Shown here piece after piece: positions 15,180 through 23,378 of a DNA stretch of 32,000 nucleotides. The notes under the pieces are model-generated. The model worked only from the letters and a program-made list of their open reading frames with translations, had not been told where the DNA came from and made no database searches. Every line of letters begins with the position of its first letter. Position 1 is the stretch's first letter. Origin of the DNA: Mycolicibacterium smegmatis (GTDB lineage: Bacteria; Actinomycetota; Actinomycetes; Mycobacteriales; Mycobacteriaceae). The stretch is from NCBI RefSeq assembly GCF_001457595.1, contig NZ_LN831039.1:1170001-1202000 (forward strand). The letters run 5' to 3'. The translations under genes and the position numbers were made by a program.

Positions 15180-16231
15180 AGATCCGCGGTGCGCTCATCG
15201 GACTGTCGTTGTTCATGGTCGTGGCGCTGACGCTGACGTGGATGGTCTATGTGACGCTACGTCGCGACGTGGCCGGGCGAACCGTGCCGTACACAGCGGT
15301 GTTCACCGACGTGTTCGGGCTGCGCGAGGGCGACGACGTGCGCATGGCCGGCGTGCGCGTCGGCCGCGTCGAGAAGATCGAACTCGACGGCAAGCACGCC
15401 AAGGTGTCGTTCGTGGTGCAGGCCGACCAGCAGGTGTTCGGCAACACCGTCGCGTCGGTGACCTACCAGAACATCGTCGGACAGCGGTATCTCGGCCTGT
15501 CCCTGGGCAAGGAGGGCGATCCCACGCTGTTGCCCGCAGGCAGCGTGATCCCGCTCGAACGCACCGACCCGTCGTTCGACGTCGGGACGCTGCTCAACGG
15601 CTACGAGCCGCTGTTCAGCGTGCTCGACCCGAAATACGCGAACAACCTCACCGAGGGCGTCATCCAGTCGCTGCAGGGCGACCAGGGCTCCATCACGGCG
15701 CTGATCGACCAGACCGCCCAGCTCACCGAGGCGTTCGCGGGACGCGACGAGGAACTCGGCAGCGTGATCACGGATCTGAACGCCGTGGCCGCCAACCTGG
15801 CCCGGCACAACGACGACCTGGACCACATCGTGTCGGAGGCGCAGTCGGTCGTGGCGACGTTCGAGGCGCGCAGACCCGAGCTGGTGGAGTCGATGGGCTC
15901 GATCGCCAAGGTGGTGCGCCAGTTGTCGACGATCTCCGACGAGGTGTACCCGTCCCTCCATGAAATGGTCCAGCGCCAGCCCGGTTTCGCTGCGCACATG
16001 TTGGGGATCGAACCGCAGTTGGCGTTCGTGGGTGCCAATCTTCCGCTGATGCTGAAGGGATTCGCGCGGATCACCCAGGAGGGCACATACGCCAACGCCT
16101 ACCTGTGTGACCTGAACGCCACCGCGTTCTTCCCGGGGCTCAACGACGTCACGCCGATCATCGTCGACGCGGCGACCCCCGGCAACAAGGCGCAGCACAC
16201 CCCCAAGTGCAGGAGCATGGCCAATGGCTGA
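15176..16231 (+). CDS. mceB: Mce protein B, 351 aa
   Basis: ATGA overlap with mceA, with AGGAGAGGAG upstream. N-terminal transmembrane helix IGLSLFMVVALTLTWMV. MlaD core GLREGDDVRMAGVRVGRVEKIEL. The track ORF starting at 14537 is an out-of-frame extension across the mceA tail. Confidence 0.9.
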   Translation: MKIRGALIGLSLFMVVALTLTWMVYVTLRRDVAGRTVPYTAVFTDVFGLREGDDVRMAGVRVGRVEKIELDGKHAKVSFVVQADQQVFGNTVASVTYQNIVGQRYLGLSLGKEGDPTLLPAGSVIPLERTDPSFDVGTLLNGYEPLFSVLDPKYANNLTEGVIQSLQGDQGSITALIDQTAQLTEAFAGRDEELGSVITDLNAVAANLARHNDDLDHIVSEAQSVVATFEARRPELVESMGSIAKVVRQLSTISDEVYPSLHEMVQRQPGFAAHMLGIEPQLAFVGANLPLMLKGFARITQEGTYANAYLCDLNATAFFPGLNDVTPIIVDAATPGNKAQHTPKCRSMANG

Positions 16232-17264
16232 GGCGCGAAAGGCCAGGCGGCGCAAACCGCTCGAGAGCTACAACCGCCTGTGGCTCGGTGTCGTCGCGGT
16301 CGCCGTGGTGTCGGTGCTGATCGGGGCGATGCTGCTGGTGCGGGTCGCCGACATCGGCTATACGCAGTACACCGCGCGGTTCCTGCAGGCCGCCGCGCTC
16401 AAGGCGGGCAACCCGGTGACGGTGGCCGGCATCCCGGTCGGTGAGGTCAAGAGCATGCGGCTGGCCGGGGACCACGTCGAGGCGAAGATCAAGGTGCGCA
16501 ACGACGTTGGTCTCGGCAAGGATTCGCGCGCCAAGATCATGGTGACGACCATCCTCGGTTCGCGGTATCTGTCACTGGAACCCGCGGGTGACGGGACGCT
16601 CCCGGACAGGACTTTCGACCTTTCGCACACCGACGTGCCGTACGACCTGCAGGAGGCGCTGACCGACGTCACCACGACGTTCGAGAAGGTCGACTCCGAC
16701 AAGTTCGCCGAGACGCTGCAGATCCTCGGTTCCCAGTTGGAGACGCTGCCGCCGGTGATCCCGCAGGCGCTGGAGAACACCCACACGCTGTCGACGATCA
16801 TCGCCCAGCGCCGCGATCAGCTCGGTGAGCTGCTCAAGACCACCGAGCTGATCAGCAACACGCTGTATCGGCAGAAGTCCACCATCGGAAGCCTGATGAA
16901 CCAGAGCAACTCGCTGCTGGCGGAATTCGTGGCCCGGCGCGCGACCTTCCACGCGATGATGGACGCGCTGACCAACCTGGTGCAGACGTTGAGCGGCATC
17001 GTCATCGACGACCGTCCGGAGCTGGAGAAACTGGTCGAGGATCTGCGCCAACTGTCCTCGCTGCTCAGCAAGAACGACGGCATGCTCCGCAGCATCCTGC
17101 AGACCGCACCGATCGCGTTGCGCAACATCGCCAACATGACCGGCACCGGCAACGCCATCGACTTCAACTCCTCCAGCGGCCTGCTGGTCGACTCCTGGAT
17201 GTGCGCGATCAGTGGCCGCGCCAAGCAGTTCGGCATGATCCAGTACTTCCAGGACTGCAAATGA
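16224..17264 (+). CDS. mceC: Mce protein C, 346 aa
   Basis: 8-nt overlap with mceB; AGGAG 8 nt upstream. Transmembrane helix LWLGVVAVAVVSVLIGAMLLV. MlaD core LKAGNPVTVAGIPVGEVKSMRL. Confidence 0.9.
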   Translation: MAEARKARRRKPLESYNRLWLGVVAVAVVSVLIGAMLLVRVADIGYTQYTARFLQAAALKAGNPVTVAGIPVGEVKSMRLAGDHVEAKIKVRNDVGLGKDSRAKIMVTTILGSRYLSLEPAGDGTLPDRTFDLSHTDVPYDLQEALTDVTTTFEKVDSDKFAETLQILGSQLETLPPVIPQALENTHTLSTIIAQRRDQLGELLKTTELISNTLYRQKSTIGSLMNQSNSLLAEFVARRATFHAMMDALTNLVQTLSGIVIDDRPELEKLVEDLRQLSSLLSKNDGMLRSILQTAPIALRNIANMTGTGNAIDFNSSSGLLVDSWMCAISGRAKQFGMIQYFQDCK

Positions 17265-18382
17265 AACTTCTGAGGAACAAGGTGGCCGCGGCGTTGCTCG
17301 CCGCGGTGGTACTCGGTGCCGTGGTGCTGGCGGTCGGCGGTGCCTATGTGAAGCAGCAGATGGGCGCCATCACCGTTACCGCCCAGTTCGACAGCGCAGC
17401 AGGGCTTTACGAGGGCAATGTGGTCGCGGTCCTTGGCATGCCGGTGGGCGAGGTCAAGAAGATCCGCAACAGGAACGGCTACGTCGAGGTGGAGTTCACG
17501 GTCGACAAGGGCGTCAACATTCCCGCCGACGTCCAGGCTGCCACCATCTCCAATTCGATTCTGACCGACCGCCAGATCGAGTTGACCCCGCCGTACCGGG
17601 GTGGTCCGACGCTGCAGAACAACGCCACGATCGGTTTGAACCGCACCCGCACACCGGTGGAGTTCGCGCGGGTGCTCGATGTTCTCGACAAGCTCGCGGG
17701 TTCGCTGCGCGGTGACGGCAAGGGCAACGGCCCGATCGCCGACGTACTCGGTGCCGGCGCGTCCATCGTCGACGGCAACGGCCAGCAGATGAAAGACGCG
17801 CTGGGCGAACTGTCGAACGCGTTGCGGCTCAGCTCAGATCGCGGGCAGGTCACCAAGGATCAGCTGACCACGATCGTGCGTAACCTGAGTGCGCTGTCGC
17901 AGGCCGCGGCCGACAACGACGCCATGATGCGCGAATTCGGCTCCTCCGTGCGGGCGTTGAGCCAGATCGTCGCCGACGAGGATCTGGGCAGCGGCACCAC
18001 CGGCAAGAAGATCAATGAGGTGCTCACCCACACCGGGCAGGTGCTCGAAACCCACCGCGACGCCATCAAGGATCTGGTCGCCAACGGTGACGTCGTGCTG
18101 AACACCGTCGCCGTCGACCACGAACGCGACGTGAAGGAGCTGCTCGACATCGCACCGATGACCTTGGACAACCTGTACAACGTCGCCGACAAGAAGAACG
18201 GCGCGTTGCGGGTGAAGGTGGTCACCGACAAGCTGCTGTTCGACAATCAGCTGATCAAAGAGGTCTGCAACATGATGGGTCTGCGCCAATTGGGCTGCAG
18301 CACCGGCACGCTGCAGGACTTCGGGCCTGACTTCGGATTGAGCTCCATGCTCGACGGACTTGCGGCGATGGGGCAGAAGTGA
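17261..18382 (+). CDS. mceD: Mce protein D, 373 aa
   Basis: ATGA overlap with mceC. Transmembrane helix AAALLAAVVLGAVVLAVGG. MlaD core GLYEGNVVAVLGMPVGEVKKIRN. Confidence 0.9.
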   Translation: MKLLRNKVAAALLAAVVLGAVVLAVGGAYVKQQMGAITVTAQFDSAAGLYEGNVVAVLGMPVGEVKKIRNRNGYVEVEFTVDKGVNIPADVQAATISNSILTDRQIELTPPYRGGPTLQNNATIGLNRTRTPVEFARVLDVLDKLAGSLRGDGKGNGPIADVLGAGASIVDGNGQQMKDALGELSNALRLSSDRGQVTKDQLTTIVRNLSALSQAAADNDAMMREFGSSVRALSQIVADEDLGSGTTGKKINEVLTHTGQVLETHRDAIKDLVANGDVVLNTVAVDHERDVKELLDIAPMTLDNLYNVADKKNGALRVKVVTDKLLFDNQLIKEVCNMMGLRQLGCSTGTLQDFGPDFGLSSMLDGLAAMGQK

Positions 18383-19659
18383 TGGCAGCTTCACCGAAAC
18401 GTCTACGGAAAGTTCGTCTGGTCGCGGCGTTCGCGATGACGGTCATCGTCTCCGGCTGCGCCACAAACGGTCTGGCCGATCTGCCGTTGCCCGCCCCCGG
18501 TGTGGGCAGCGGCGGGTACCGGATCACCGCGATCTTCTCCAACGCGCTGAACCTGCCCGCCAACGCCAAGGTCAAGCTCGCCGGCGCCGACATCGGCGAG
18601 ATGGACTCCATGGTCGCCCGCAACTACACCGCGGTGACCACGTTGCGGATCATGGAAGGCGTGCGACTGCCCGAGGGCAGCACTGCCGAGTTGCGGTCCG
18701 CGACACCACTCGGCGATGTGTTCATCGCCATCAAACCTCCCGCCCCGGTCGAGCCAGGCACGCCGTTGCTCAAAGACGGTGACACCATCGACCTGGACGC
18801 AACCGCCGCCGCGGCCACGGTCGAATCGGTGCTGAGTTCGGCGGCGATCCTCGTCAACGGCGGAGCCGTGCGCAACTTCACCAACCTCATCAACGGCATG
18901 GGCAAGGCGACCGGCGACCAGGGCCAGGCGTTCGGCAACCTGATCCGCAAGACCAACAACACGCTGGCGACACTGACCGCGCGGTCGGAGGAGATCTCGA
19001 CCGCGATGACCGAGACATCACGCCTGGCACAACAGATTTCGGCCAAGAACCAGGCGCTCAGCGATGTGATGGCGCAGGCCCGTCCCGCCACCGACACGCT
19101 GGCGGCCCACACCACGCAGATCGCGGACCTGGTCACCCAGATCGGCGACGTGTCCGACCAGCTGCGCAAGTTCCCGTCGATCGCGGGGGCCGACACCAGC
19201 GGCCGCAGCGTGATCGCCGACGCCAACACGGTTGCGGGAGCGTGGAATGACGTCGCGCTTGCCCCCGATGCGACCCTCTATGCGCTCAACCGGCTGCTGC
19301 CGCCGTTCATCAAGTCGATGAGTTCCGGTGCCATCTCGCTCGACGCGAGCGTCGACCGCCTCATCCTCGGCTCCACACCCGACATCGGCTTCGCAGGCGA
19401 TCAGGGGTTGCACGGTCCCAAGCGCCACGATTGGCACCAGTTGGTCGGCACGCTCAAGTACACGTTGCTGCGCCTGCAGGAGCGAGTGGTGGGCCAAGGC
19501 CCAGGTGTGCCACAGGTTCCGGTGATCCCCAGCCCCACCGAGCCCGGCGAGATCATCGTCGATCCCGGCGCGGCCGCGCCGCCCGAAGACGCTCCGGCAC
19601 CCGAACCGGCGCCCGCGGCGCAGGCGCCGGCACCGCTACCCGCTGAGGCCCCGCGATGA
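18379..19659 (+). CDS. mceE: Mce protein E, lipoprotein (LprK/LprN-like), 426 aa
   Basis: GTGATG overlaps the mceD stop. Lipobox TVIVSGC within the signal peptide. MlaD core LPANAKVKLAGADIGEMDSM. Pro/Ala-rich C-terminus. Confidence 0.9.
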   Translation: MMAASPKRLRKVRLVAAFAMTVIVSGCATNGLADLPLPAPGVGSGGYRITAIFSNALNLPANAKVKLAGADIGEMDSMVARNYTAVTTLRIMEGVRLPEGSTAELRSATPLGDVFIAIKPPAPVEPGTPLLKDGDTIDLDATAAAATVESVLSSAAILVNGGAVRNFTNLINGMGKATGDQGQAFGNLIRKTNNTLATLTARSEEISTAMTETSRLAQQISAKNQALSDVMAQARPATDTLAAHTTQIADLVTQIGDVSDQLRKFPSIAGADTSGRSVIADANTVAGAWNDVALAPDATLYALNRLLPPFIKSMSSGAISLDASVDRLILGSTPDIGFAGDQGLHGPKRHDWHQLVGTLKYTLLRLQERVVGQGPGVPQVPVIPSPTEPGEIIVDPGAAAPPEDAPAPEPAPAAQAPAPLPAEAPR

Positions 19660-20912
19660 TCAACGCAGTCGCCGACCGGATCGTCGGCCTCGTCCGCTTC
19701 GGGTACCGCAAGCGGTCCTGGTTGTCTGCGCTCGGGCTGGTGATGACGCTCGTCGTCGCGACGGCGTACTTGTTCTTCGGTGCGCTGCAGGTGAATCCGC
19801 TCGATTCGGACTACCGCCTCACGGTTCAGCTGCCGGAGTCGGCGGGCCTGCTGCCGGATCAGGACGTGACGCTACGAGGTGTGCCGATCGGCCGCGTAGA
19901 ACGTCTCGACATCACGCCGTCCGGGGTCAATGCGATCGTCAAGGTGAAGTCGACGGTGCGGATCCCCGAGGCCAGCGACGTTCGGGTGTCGGGGTTGTCG
20001 CCGGCCGGTGAGCAGTACATCGACTTCATCGACGTGCCCGCCGAGAGTTCGAGCCGGTTCCTGGCCGACGGTGCGGTGATCCGGCAGGGGCAGGCCACTG
20101 TCCCGGTCAGCCTCGCGAATCTGCTGGCCGACGCCGACGGTGCGCTCGGGCAGGTGGACACCGCGAAGATCGAACTGATCAAGCGCGAGTTGAGCCTGAC
20201 CGACGCCGGCCCGCAGAAGCTCGCCGATATCGTCGACGGCGGAACGTTCCTGCTGTCCACGCTCGATTCGGTGCTGCCAGAGACCAGTTCGCTGCTGCGG
20301 ACCGGCCGCGTGGTGTTCACCTTGATGGCCGACAAGAATCCCGGCATCAGCGTCGCCTCGGACAATCTCACCGAAACCTTCACGGGCATGGACAAGATGC
20401 GCGAGGGATACCGTCGACTGACCAACCAGACCCCGGAGACCCTGGCGGCGGTCGACAACCTGTTCGTCGACAACTCCGACACCATGGTGCAGCTCTTGGG
20501 CAATCTCACCACCGCCTCACGGCTGCTCTACCTGCGGGTGCCCGCGCTCAACGCGCTGTTCCCGTCGTACCGCACCTCGGTGCTCGACGCGCTCGGCACC
20601 GCGATCCACGACGGTGGTCTGTGGGGGACGGCCGAACCGTACCCGCGCTACACCTGCGACTACGGCACACCGAAACTGCCGCCGTCATCGGCAGATTTCC
20701 CGGAGCCGTTCATGTACACCTACTGCCGCGACGTCCATCCGGGCGTCCTGGTCCGCGGGGCGAAGAACGCGCCTCGGCCTGCGGACGACGACACCGCGGG
20801 GCCGCCACCGGGCGCTGATCTCGGTCGCCAGACCGACCCCACGCCCAGGGGCCGCTACACCATTCCGACGCCCTACGGGGGACCGACGCTGCCGATCGAA
20901 CCGCCTCGGTAG
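19656..20912 (+). CDS. mceF: Mce protein F, 418 aa
   Basis: ATGA overlap with mceE. Transmembrane helix LSALGLVMTLVVATAYLFFGA. MlaD core GLLPDQDVTLRGVPIGRVERLDI. Confidence 0.9.
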   Translation: MINAVADRIVGLVRFGYRKRSWLSALGLVMTLVVATAYLFFGALQVNPLDSDYRLTVQLPESAGLLPDQDVTLRGVPIGRVERLDITPSGVNAIVKVKSTVRIPEASDVRVSGLSPAGEQYIDFIDVPAESSSRFLADGAVIRQGQATVPVSLANLLADADGALGQVDTAKIELIKRELSLTDAGPQKLADIVDGGTFLLSTLDSVLPETSSLLRTGRVVFTLMADKNPGISVASDNLTETFTGMDKMREGYRRLTNQTPETLAAVDNLFVDNSDTMVQLLGNLTTASRLLYLRVPALNALFPSYRTSVLDALGTAIHDGGLWGTAEPYPRYTCDYGTPKLPPSSADFPEPFMYTYCRDVHPGVLVRGAKNAPRPADDDTAGPPPGADLGRQTDPTPRGRYTIPTPYGGPTLPIEPPR

Positions 20913-20938
20913 CCACGCCCCATACGAAGGAGATGACC

Positions 20939-21625
20939 GTGAAACTCAAAACCGACAAGCGCAGGGATGTCTTCGACGAGGCCGTCGAGGACACCGAGGA
21001 CGCCGAGGTTGAGGCACTCGATGTCGCCGAGTCGGAGGACACCGCAACGGAACCCGAATCCGACGAGGTCACCGGTCCTTCCGGCGAGAAGCCGTCCGAC
21101 AAGCCTTCCGACGAGAAGCCGGCTGAAACGGTCACCAGCCCAAACCAGCGTCGTGGCGTCGTACTGGGCGTTGCCGCAGGCATTCTGGTCGCCGCACTGC
21201 TGGGCGGCGGCGGGTTCGTCGGCTGGCAGCTGTGGCAGACCAAGCAGGTGATCGCGGCCGGAAACCAGGCCAGAGACGCCGCGGTGAACTACGCCCAGGT
21301 GCTCACCAGCATCGACTCGAACAAGGTCGACGAGAATTTCGACCAGGTGCTCGCAGGCGCCACGGGGGAGTTCAAGGACATGTACTCGCAGTCGAGCATG
21401 CAGCTGCGCCAGTTGCTGATCGAGAACAAAGCCACCGCGCACGGCGTGGTGGTGGAGTCGGCCGTGCAGTCGGCGACCAAAAACAAAGCTGTGGTGCTGC
21501 TCTTCGTCGACCAGTCGGTGCAGAACACGGCCGTGCCGGATCCCCGCATCGACCGCAGCCGCATCAAGATGACCATGGAGAAGGTCGACGGGCAATGGAA
21601 AGCAAGCAAGGTCGAGCTGCCCTGA
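20939..21625 (+). CDS. Mce-associated membrane protein (Mam/Mas type): acidic N-terminal region, one transmembrane helix, C-terminal globular domain; about 228 aa
   Basis: GAAGGAG at 20926-20932 is well spaced for the GTG at 20939; the ATG at 20933 directly abuts it and is the alternative start. Layout is an acidic low-complexity stretch, then GVVLGVAAGILVAALLGGGGFVGW, then a roughly 120-aa domain, as in Mce-associated proteins downstream of mycobacterial mce operons. Confidence 0.8.
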   Translation: MKLKTDKRRDVFDEAVEDTEDAEVEALDVAESEDTATEPESDEVTGPSGEKPSDKPSDEKPAETVTSPNQRRGVVLGVAAGILVAALLGGGGFVGWQLWQTKQVIAAGNQARDAAVNYAQVLTSIDSNKVDENFDQVLAGATGEFKDMYSQSSMQLRQLLIENKATAHGVVVESAVQSATKNKAVVLLFVDQSVQNTAVPDPRIDRSRIKMTMEKVDGQWKASKVELP

Positions 21626-21627
21626 GC

Positions 21628-22416
21628 ATGAAGCGTTTCGGCCCTCTCATCGGCGCGGCACTGACCGTCGTCGCGCTCGCAACCGCCGCATCCGCGGGGG
21701 CGTCGGTGGTGTCGTTCTGCGACGACCTCGCCGGCCGGATGGACGGGCCCTACTGTCACCTGTCGATCGAGTCCGACCGCAAGGCGACACGTGACATCAA
21801 GGTCGCGATCCCCGGCGAGCTTGTCGACGACCCCGTGGCGGGCCCCGTGGTGCGCGACTATCTGAGCACGCTTGTGGGCAACTGGATGAAGGCCGGCCAG
21901 AAGATGGTCGCCGACAGCTTCGGCGAGGAGAACTATCAGATCTTCCGGCACGGCGATGCGCTGTCGGTGGTGTTCCGCGAGACCTACCACGCCGACGGAC
22001 CGGACTTCAACAACGCCTATCGCACTTTCACTTTCGACATGGCCGAGGGCCGGCGCCTTCAGCTGGCCGATCTCATGAAGCCGGGTGTGGATCCGTTGAC
22101 CGCGATCCCGCCGCTGGCGCAGCCGTTCATCGTGCAGGCACTCGACCAGGCGCCACCCCCGCACCAGCCGGGCACCTACCCGTTCGTGTTCGATCGCTGG
22201 TTACCCGACAAGGTGTACTCCGGCGCCTACAAGGCATGGGCCCTCACGCCCGACGAACTGATCATCTACATGCCGGATTACCCTGTCGCACGCGACCGGC
22301 CGACCGATTTCACCCCCGGCGTCATGCAGTGGTCGATGGACGGTGGCACCGTGCAGGCACACATCCCGCTCGCCGCGCTCGCCCCGATCCTGCAGCCGCG
22401 CTACGGGGGCGCCTGA
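21628..22416 (+). CDS. Secreted MPT64-like (DUF3298-type) protein, 262 aa
   Basis: ATG lies 2 nt after the Mam stop. Signal peptide MKRFGPLIGAALTVVALATAASAGA. By-eye matches to my recollection of M. tuberculosis MPT64: SFCDDLAGRMDGPYCHLSIES vs TYCEELKGTDTGQACQIQMS; YRTFTFDMAEGRRLQLADLM vs YKAFDWDQAYRKPITYDTLW; a C-terminal ...ALTPDELIIYMPDYPVA... block. Confidence 0.8.
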   Translation: MKRFGPLIGAALTVVALATAASAGASVVSFCDDLAGRMDGPYCHLSIESDRKATRDIKVAIPGELVDDPVAGPVVRDYLSTLVGNWMKAGQKMVADSFGEENYQIFRHGDALSVVFRETYHADGPDFNNAYRTFTFDMAEGRRLQLADLMKPGVDPLTAIPPLAQPFIVQALDQAPPPHQPGTYPFVFDRWLPDKVYSGAYKAWALTPDELIIYMPDYPVARDRPTDFTPGVMQWSMDGGTVQAHIPLAALAPILQPRYGGA

Positions 22417-22568
22417 GCTTCGACGGGTTCATATCGGGTGCGGGGCACGTATCAGGAATGCTCAGTGATGGCACGGTGAAGTGCTGTCATGCAGCAATAT
22501 TCGGTTCCGTGACCGATCCCGTCCCGGCGCATCCGTCGAACTGCGACAGTAGAGATCCGGCAGCTCAC

Positions 22569-22592
22569 GTTACTTCAACTTAATGAAGTAAC
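22569..22592. promoter_or_regulatory. AT-rich inverted repeat GTTACTTCA-N6-TGAAGTAAC next to a TTGACA -35-like hexamer; candidate operator for the second XRE-cupin regulator
   Basis: Perfect 9-bp arms. TTGACA at 22595-22600. It lies 52-75 nt upstream of ATG 22644, which has a GGGGGAGGA Shine-Dalgarno. Confidence 0.5.
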
Positions 22593-22643
22593 TGTTGACA
22601 TAGTGAAGACGCTGGGGAATGCTTTTCAGCGGGGGGAGGACAG

Positions 22644-23249
22644 ATGGGCAAGGCCAAACCGAATGACAACAAAGCGTTGGTCGACGCCATGCTCGGTGAC
22701 CTCGGGTCACGTATCCGCATGTTGCGCAAGGAGCGTCAACTCACCACAGAGCGGCTTGCGGAGACCGCGGGTGTCAGCGCCGGACTCATCAGCCAGATAG
22801 AGCGCGGCAACGGCAACCCATCCTTCGCCACGCTGGTTCAGCTCGCCCACGGGTTGCAGATGCCCATCGGGCAACTGCTCGAAGCTCCCGAGAGCAAGTC
22901 GGTCGTCGTCCGCAAGAACGAGCGGCGCCGACTGGACGGTCACGGGCTGGCCAACGACGACGGCGGGAGCTACGAGCTCCTAACCCCCGACCTCAACGGC
23001 GCCCTAGAGGCCACCTGGGTGGTGACCCCACCCGGCTACGACACGAGCGCCACGCCGTACCACCACCACGGCGAAGAGTTCGGCATCGTCCTGTCAGGCA
23101 CGAAGGACGTCTACCTGGACGGCATCCGTCACCGGCTCCATGCCGGTGACTCAATCCGGTACGCGTCCAACATCCCCCACTGGTATGTGAACCCCTCCGA
23201 GACCGAGGAGTGCACCGCGATCTGGGTGTCTACACCACCCACCTGGTAG
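22644..23249 (+). CDS. XRE-family HTH regulator with metal-type cupin domain, 201 aa
   Basis: HTH region IRMLRKERQLTTERLAETAGVSAGLISQIERG. Cupin motif 1 YHHHGEEFGIVLSG and motif 2 GDSIRYASNIPHWYVN. Confidence 0.9.
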   Translation: MGKAKPNDNKALVDAMLGDLGSRIRMLRKERQLTTERLAETAGVSAGLISQIERGNGNPSFATLVQLAHGLQMPIGQLLEAPESKSVVVRKNERRRLDGHGLANDDGGSYELLTPDLNGALEATWVVTPPGYDTSATPYHHHGEEFGIVLSGTKDVYLDGIRHRLHAGDSIRYASNIPHWYVNPSETEECTAIWVSTPPTW

Positions 23250-23378
23250 CCCTCCCCGGCCGACACCCGGTCGGGCACACCTCTCCTCACCTCAACAACC
23301 ACCGTTCCGTGCGCACCGACGCGTACGGAGCCGGCCGAGTGCGTCCAAAAACCAGACCGGAATACCGGAGAACCCACC

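Noticed and set aside
22236-22583. 115-aa ORF spanning the end of the MPT64-like gene and the following intergenic region
   Set aside because: It is out of frame with the confident CDS for its first 180 nt, has no ribosome-binding site and an Arg/His-rich composition. The intergenic part is better explained as the promoter and operator region of the downstream regulator.
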